A stretch of 64,000 nt of DNA from Trueperaceae bacterium (lineage in GTDB: Bacteria; Deinococcota; Deinococci; Deinococcales; Trueperaceae): contig OZ243927.1 in NCBI GenBank assembly GCA_965213925.1, forward strand, positions 4,160,001 to 4,224,000, written 5' to 3'. Under the pieces are notes generated by a model. It did not search any database and was not told where the DNA came from. It saw only the letters and a list, made by a program, of their open reading frames with translations. The translations under genes and the position numbers were made by a program. Of the stretch, positions 59,315-64,000 are shown in pieces (positions within the stretch are counted from its first letter, which is position 1; each line of letters opens with the position of its first letter).

Positions 59315-60466
59315 TCACTCGCTTGGCGCGTAGTTCAGCGTGAGCGAGTCCGTCACAACCTCGTCGCTCGCCGTCGTTGCTTGCACCTCCAGACGGTTCT
59401 CCCCACGCTCCAGCCCCGACACTGTGAACATGAAGCGCCCGCTCGAGAAGGGTGCAGTGGTGAAGCCTTGGTCGTTAAGGCGGTAACGTAGCTCGCGCAC
59501 TTCGCTCCCTACGTTGCCACGCACCACCGTGCTGTCTGCGCTCAGCGTCGCGCCGTCTTCTGGGCTCGAGACCTCGATAGGGCTCGCCGCCTGGTCGCCG
59601 CTAAGCGGAACGCTGCTTAGTGGGTCCGTGGGCTGGGGGCTGCCGCCGGGGGGCTCCACGCTCAGATAGAGGGACGCGAAGCCTTCAGTGGACACCTGAA
59701 ATACGGTGCCCTGCGAAACCTCTAAAGAGGTCAATTGCTCACCGCTCTGCGGGCTCCAGTCGTCGCTGGTGTGTCCCCAGGCTTGATAAACGCGCCCGGC
59801 TGGGGGCGGCTCCGCAAGCACGAAGAGTGCGTCGCCAGGGCGCGTGAGCGCCGCGCCGAGGCGTGCATCGGCTTCGTCGTAGAGCGTCACGCTCTGCACG
59901 TTAGGCGCAGTGAGAAAGCGCGTGAGGAGGTCTTGCTCGGCTCTCACCTGTTCCAGCGCGAGCTGCGTGCGGTAACCTTGAAACAGCCCTGCACCCGCTA
60001 ACACGAGACACGCGGCGCACGCGGCGACAAGCCAGCGTGGAAGGCGGGGTGGGCGGTCCTGAATGACTTTGGGTAAAGAGGTTGAGGGCAAAGAGGTAGA
60101 GGGCGCTGCTTGGCGCGGAGCCGCAGGGATTGAGGGTGCGGGTAAAAGGGCCACCCTTTCTCCATCTTGTACAAAATCGGCATTGTCGGAGTCTCGAGCC
60201 TCACTCAGTCCCCCCGCCTGCTCAGTGGTCTCAGGTGTTTCAGCCCGCGCCTCGCCTTTGATGCGGCTCATTAGCCTAGCTTTCGCACCTTCAGGCGGCG
60301 CGACTTCGGGCAGCGCGTCCACCCAATCCGTCAAGACATTATCGAACTGACGCACCTCTTCGCGGCACGCTTCGCACTCCTTGAGGTGCGCCTCGACCGC
60401 CGCCGCCTCATCGGGGTCTAAGAGCCCCAAGGCGTAGTCGGGTAGCTGCGCTTTAGGGTGCTTCAT
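59315..60466 (-). CDS. Anti-sigma factor (zinc-binding N-terminus, RskA-like) with an extra Ig-like C-terminal domain
   Basis: YALGLL...HLKECEAC, TM, PPAGRVYQAW, SVEPPGGSPQPT. Confidence 0.88.
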   Translation of the reverse strand: MKHPKAQLPDYALGLLDPDEAAAVEAHLKECEACREEVRQFDNVLTDWVDALPEVAPPEGAKARLMSRIKGEARAETPETTEQAGGLSEARDSDNADFVQDGERVALLPAPSIPAAPRQAAPSTSLPSTSLPKVIQDRPPRLPRWLVAACAACLVLAGAGLFQGYRTQLALEQVRAEQDLLTRFLTAPNVQSVTLYDEADARLGAALTRPGDALFVLAEPPPAGRVYQAWGHTSDDWSPQSGEQLTSLEVSQGTVFQVSTEGFASLYLSVEPPGGSPQPTDPLSSVPLSGDQAASPIEVSSPEDGATLSADSTVVRGNVGSEVRELRYRLNDQGFTTAPFSSGRFMFTVSGLERGENRLEVQATTASDEVVTDSLTLNYAPSE

Positions 60467-60995
60467 GATGCTCCATGACCTCTCGTAATTTGAGGAGTGC
60501 CCGTCTAATCTTACTCCGCACTGTGCCCAGCGGTTTTTCTTTAAGTTCGGCGATTTCCGCGTAGCTGTAGCCTAAGAAGTAGGCGTGCTCGAGGAGGTCG
60601 CGCTCCTCGTCGCTTAGGCGGGCTAAACCGCGCTCGAGCCAGAGCCGCGTCGTCACATCCGCCTCCGCCACCTCGAAAGGCACGCTCGGGTCATGAACGT
60701 CCCAGGCGTCCGCCTTGAGGGGTCGGGACTGCCGCTTGCGCAGCTTTGAAAGCGCCTCGTTACGCGCCAGCGTGTAGATAAACGCCCTCGGCGAACGCTC
60801 CCAGGTGTGATAGCCCGTCTTCATGTTGAAAAGTTTGTAAAAGGTCTCTTGCAAGACCTCTTCAGCCTCCTCACGGCTGCCGATAAGCTGAAACGCCAAG
60901 GTGAATACCTTGGTGCTCAAACGGTCATAAAGTTCACTTAGGGCTGCTTCGTCACCTTGAGAGACGCGGGCGAGCAGCGCGGCTTCGGGGTCCAT
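60453..60995 (-). CDS. ECF sigma factor (SigK-like)
   Basis: GDEAALSELYD, AEEVLQE, YSYAEIAE...PLGTVRSKIRRAL; overlaps the anti-sigma gene. Confidence 0.92.
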   Translation of the reverse strand: MDPEAALLARVSQGDEAALSELYDRLSTKVFTLAFQLIGSREEAEEVLQETFYKLFNMKTGYHTWERSPRAFIYTLARNEALSKLRKRQSRPLKADAWDVHDPSVPFEVAEADVTTRLWLERGLARLSDEERDLLEHAYFLGYSYAEIAELKEKPLGTVRSKIRRALLKLREVMEHHEAP

Positions 60996-61373
60996 GAGCC
61001 TCGCTTAGGGATAAGGTCTATAAGCTGAGCATAGCAAGAGACGGCTTTAAGTCGCTTCTCAAGGGTCAGGTGCGAGAGGCGAGTGGCGGGATGCGCAGCA
61101 CATCGGGCGGATGGAGTTGGATATATTGAGGTAAGAGCGTGTAGTATGCAAGGTGACCTCCTGAGCCGTGGCTCACCTAAAGAAACGCGAGTTGTGAATG
61201 GTTGTATGCAGAAAGAAGCCTATACTACATTGCTGCGCATCATCAACGTGAATGAGTGCTCGTCATCAGCGAAAAGCCTCTGCTAATTGCTAACGACCCT
61301 AAGAACCCTTCTTTTACGCGCTATAGATGCACACGATGCGTTGAACCATCGTTAGAAAGCCTGAACTGAAAAC

Positions 61374-61976
61374 TTAACGGTCTACCAGGAGCGGCAGCGG
61401 GTCGATGACCTCTCGGTTACAGGTGCGCCTCGAGCCGCTATACACCCCGAAATGCAGGTGCGGCGGTGTAGTCGCAGCGTTACCGCTGTTGCCCACGAAA
61501 CCCAGCACCGTATCCGTCGTGACGTACATCCCCTCTGCGATATCCGCCCAGTCCTCTAGGTGCGCGTAGTAGTAGCGCCTGCCGCCCGCCCCGGCGACGA
61601 ACACGAGCTTACCGCCCAAGCTGCCTGTACCGATGCGGTAGATGTAGCCGGGCGTGGCGGCGTAAATCGGCGTGCCGCGCGGCGCGAAGATGTCCTGACC
61701 CTTGTGCGTTCTGCCGCCCCCTCTCGGTGCGCCCCACGTGTCCGCAACCTCGGCGACGCGCACGCCCGCGACGGGCATGAGGAGTTGCGCCACCGGCGTG
61801 TTCGGAAGCATCGCCTGGTACACCAAAAGCCGCTCGCGGTAGCGCTGGCGGCGGGCAGCCTCTTCGCGCTCTTCGGCGGTCTGCGGGACGGACGGCTGAT
61901 AGTCACAGGTTTGAGCAAGGGCGTGAGGGATGAACATGAGCAGAGTAACGGTGGCGAAAACAAGAGGTGTATTCAT
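61374..61976 (-). CDS. M23 family metallopeptidase
   Basis: HKGQD, YYAHL, GNSGNA..TPPHLHF. Confidence 0.92.
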   Translation of the reverse strand: MNTPLVFATVTLLMFIPHALAQTCDYQPSVPQTAEEREEAARRQRYRERLLVYQAMLPNTPVAQLLMPVAGVRVAEVADTWGAPRGGGRTHKGQDIFAPRGTPIYAATPGYIYRIGTGSLGGKLVFVAGAGGRRYYYAHLEDWADIAEGMYVTTDTVLGFVGNSGNAATTPPHLHFGVYSGSRRTCNREVIDPLPLLVDR

Positions 61977-62114
61977 CTGTGTGAATCATAACAAGGCTGC
62001 TTTTTTGACGAGACTGATACGTCACCGAAAACTTTACGACACGCTATGTGTTGCACCTCAACAGAACGGGCTTAGACGACGACGCACTTTGACGTTATAC
62101 TAGCTCTCGCTTTA

Positions 62115-62163
62115 TAGCAGGTATCATCTGGTCAGCGACGCGCTTACTCGAGAAGACACTGAC
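62115..62163 (-). repeat. Partial repeat family D copy
   Basis: TAGCAGGTATCATCTGGTCAGCGACGCGCT. Confidence 0.6.
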
Positions 62164-62247
62164 CTAAATTCACTTTATTAAGATGATTTCTGCGTGATAC
62201 AAGCTCAGTTTTGAAAGGCTTTGTAAAACAGACTTTAGGAGGTCTTT

Positions 62248-62838
62248 ATGACAAGCCCAACCCTCACCCGTCCCCTTATCCACCGCCTCATCCCCATTCG
62301 TCAAGACGCCTTGCGCATCCCCTTACAACTCGCGCTCGGTGTGGCGCTGATGGCGCTACTCGCGCAAATTGAATTCATGATTGGTCCCATACCTGTGACC
62401 GGACAGACCTTTGGCGTGCTTCTTATCGGCGCGGCGTATGGACTTGGGCTCGGCAGCTTGACGATGGTGATTTACCTCTTGCTGGGCGGCTTCGGGCTTA
62501 GTATCTTTTCGGGTGGTGGCGCAGGTTGGGCGCATTTCACGGGGGCAACAGCAGGCTACCTCGTGGGCTTTCTCCTTGCAGCCGCTTTGGTCGGCTACTT
62601 GGCACAAAGAGGTTGGGATAAGCGTTTTTCCACCACCGCGCTTGCGATGCTCTTAGGGAACATCATCATCTACATTCCCGGACTTCTGTGGCTCTCTCAG
62701 CTTATGCCAAACGCGCAAGCAACGCTGCAAGCCGGACTGTATCCTTTCATCCCCGGGGACGTGCTCAAGCTGCTCTTAGCCTCGAGCCTCCTACCCACCG
62801 CCTGGCACTTTTTAGGACGACAAAATAAGCGTGGCTGA
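62248..62838 (+). CDS. bioY: Biotin transporter S-component
   Basis: PVTGQTF, G.T.GYL.GF, PFIPGD..K. Confidence 0.93.
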   Translation: MTSPTLTRPLIHRLIPIRQDALRIPLQLALGVALMALLAQIEFMIGPIPVTGQTFGVLLIGAAYGLGLGSLTMVIYLLLGGFGLSIFSGGGAGWAHFTGATAGYLVGFLLAAALVGYLAQRGWDKRFSTTALAMLLGNIIIYIPGLLWLSQLMPNAQATLQAGLYPFIPGDVLKLLLASSLLPTAWHFLGRQNKRG

Positions 62839-63286
62839 CTCGGACCTAAAGGTCGTCCAAGCCGGACTCCAACACTTAGACGAACTCACACAACTCTTCG
62901 ACGGTTACAGGCAGTTCTACCGCCAAGCCTCCGATGTATCAGGGGCAAAGGCGTTTTTGCACGAGCGGCTCTCGCAGGGGGATTCGGTTGTCTTCATCGC
63001 GTTTTTAGACGGTAAACCCGCAGGCTTTACGCAGCTCTACCCGTCTTTCTCATCCGTCTCTATGGCGCAGATTTGGATACTGAATGACCTCTTCGTAGCG
63101 CAACACGCGCGGCGGAGCGGCGTGGCGAAGGCGCTCATGGAACAAGCCGCAACCTTTGGCAAGGAGACGGGCGCGGCGCGGCTCACGCTTACAACTGAGG
63201 TCACAAACGAAAACGCCCAATCGCTCTATGAGGCGCTCGGGTGGGAGAAAGACACGTCGTTCTATACCTATACATTCGCCGTTTGA
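62831..63286 (+). CDS. GNAT acetyltransferase
   Basis: GFTQLYPSFSS, WILNDLFV, N.NAQ.LYE..G. Confidence 0.9.
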   Translation: MADSDLKVVQAGLQHLDELTQLFDGYRQFYRQASDVSGAKAFLHERLSQGDSVVFIAFLDGKPAGFTQLYPSFSSVSMAQIWILNDLFVAQHARRSGVAKALMEQAATFGKETGAARLTLTTEVTNENAQSLYEALGWEKDTSFYTYTFAV

Positions 63287-63298
63287 CTTAGGAACTGA

Positions 63299-63580
63299 AT
63301 GGGCATTGAATACGCGCTGAAGCTGAGCAAGGTTGATAGAGACCGGCTTGACAGATTGCTCAGAACGCACCCTCAGTTTGCATCTTTTCTACCAGAGTTC
63401 GACCTTTATGAGTTCAGAGGGGTGGCGAATGCTGGTGGGATGCCGGACGCGGACGCAGCGTTGCAGGCTTATGGACTCTACTTCTGCGACAAGGGTGGAG
63501 AGGGTCAAAAGATTCTCGAGCGTCTTATCACCAAAATAGAAAACGAATATGGACAGGTCACGCTCGAAGATTTAGAGTAA
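63299..63580 (+). CDS. Hypothetical protein
   Basis: Co-oriented 93-aa ORF with an AGGA RBS. Confidence 0.55.
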   Translation: MGIEYALKLSKVDRDRLDRLLRTHPQFASFLPEFDLYEFRGVANAGGMPDADAALQAYGLYFCDKGGEGQKILERLITKIENEYGQVTLEDLE

Positions 63581-63589
63581 TTCCAAAAA

Positions 63590-63761
63590 ACCAAAAGGAA
63601 ACAGCCTCGAGACGATCTCGAGGCTGTCGGTGCCCGCCTGGTACTGAGGATAAACAACTCTTACGAAAGTCCCTCAGTCCGGGACATGGTCAGTTACCCT
63701 CGGCGGGTACCTCCACTGGTCATGTCATTTTGTAAAATTCGGACCACCTCCTTTCTGTGGT
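63590..63761 (-). ncRNA. Candidate structured small RNA with its own -10 box and terminator
   Basis: TATACT at 63768-63773; AGAAAGGAGGTGGTCC; nested stems; terminal 12-bp hairpin 63601-63627 with a U-rich tail. Confidence 0.55.
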
Positions 63762-63881
63762 AGGAAAAGTATACAACAGATTTTTAAGGCGTATGTGTAT
63801 TTCGCTACTAAAGGCGTGCAGACGGGGAGAACTCGTGTTCTTTCTCAGCGCATAAAGAGGTCAACTTCACCTACGCAAACT

Positions 63882-63998
63882 CTATAAAAACGCCGCCGCG
63901 TAGTCCCCGAAGCGGCGCTGAATATCTCTAGCGCTGAGCCCGAAGTCTTCCAAGCTGTACTTATGCTTGCCGTGCTTGTGCTGCGGATTCTCCCTGAC
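63882..63998 (-). CDS. C-terminus of a probable sulfotransferase-family protein; extends beyond the window
   Basis: NPQHKHGKHKYSLEDFGL...RFGDY*. Confidence 0.6.
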   Translation of the reverse strand, partial: VRENPQHKHGKHKYSLEDFGLSARDIQRRFGDYAAAFL

Positions 63999-64000
63999 GT

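Noticed and set aside
63644..63690. Hammerhead ribozyme on the + strand (CTGAGGA...CGAAA)
   Set aside because: No correctly placed UH cleavage site after stem III, and the promoter and terminator point to the minus strand
63741..63756. 16S rRNA gene 3' end
   Set aside because: Only 16 nt resemble it; the flanks are not rRNA-like

Overview
A GC-rich bacterial chromosomal segment, most likely Deinococcota and Trueperaceae-like. This assignment is inferred from gene content, acidic proteins, many apparently leaderless starts and Deinococcus-type small repeats. It is mostly housekeeping genes: aceE/aceF, lipA/lipB, tkt, trxB, coaE, ppa, pdxT, crcB, trmH/trmL, bioY, a cold-shock gene, a DsbA/DsbB pair, glycogen synthase and separate A- and CC-adding tRNA nucleotidyltransferases. 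No rRNA, tRNA or CRISPR array was seen. Highlights: (1) about 15 copies of modular MITE-like repeats in several families, two of which demonstrably interrupt genes and carry target-site duplications; (2) a ~75-nt stem-loop abutting the ribosome-binding sites of both aceF and lipA; (3) an ECF sigma/anti-sigma cluster with two lipoproteins sharing an N-terminus, one CHRD-CHRD-cupredoxin and one with four very tyrosine-rich Ig-like repeats; (4) a candidate structured sRNA at ~63.6-63.76 kb with 16-nt near-complementarity to the 16S 3' end; (5) strong CTCGAG enrichment alongside an orphan N6-adenine methyltransferase; (6) two M50-type pseudo-peptidases, one in a J-domain/PspA cluster. All calls were made by eye without database searches.
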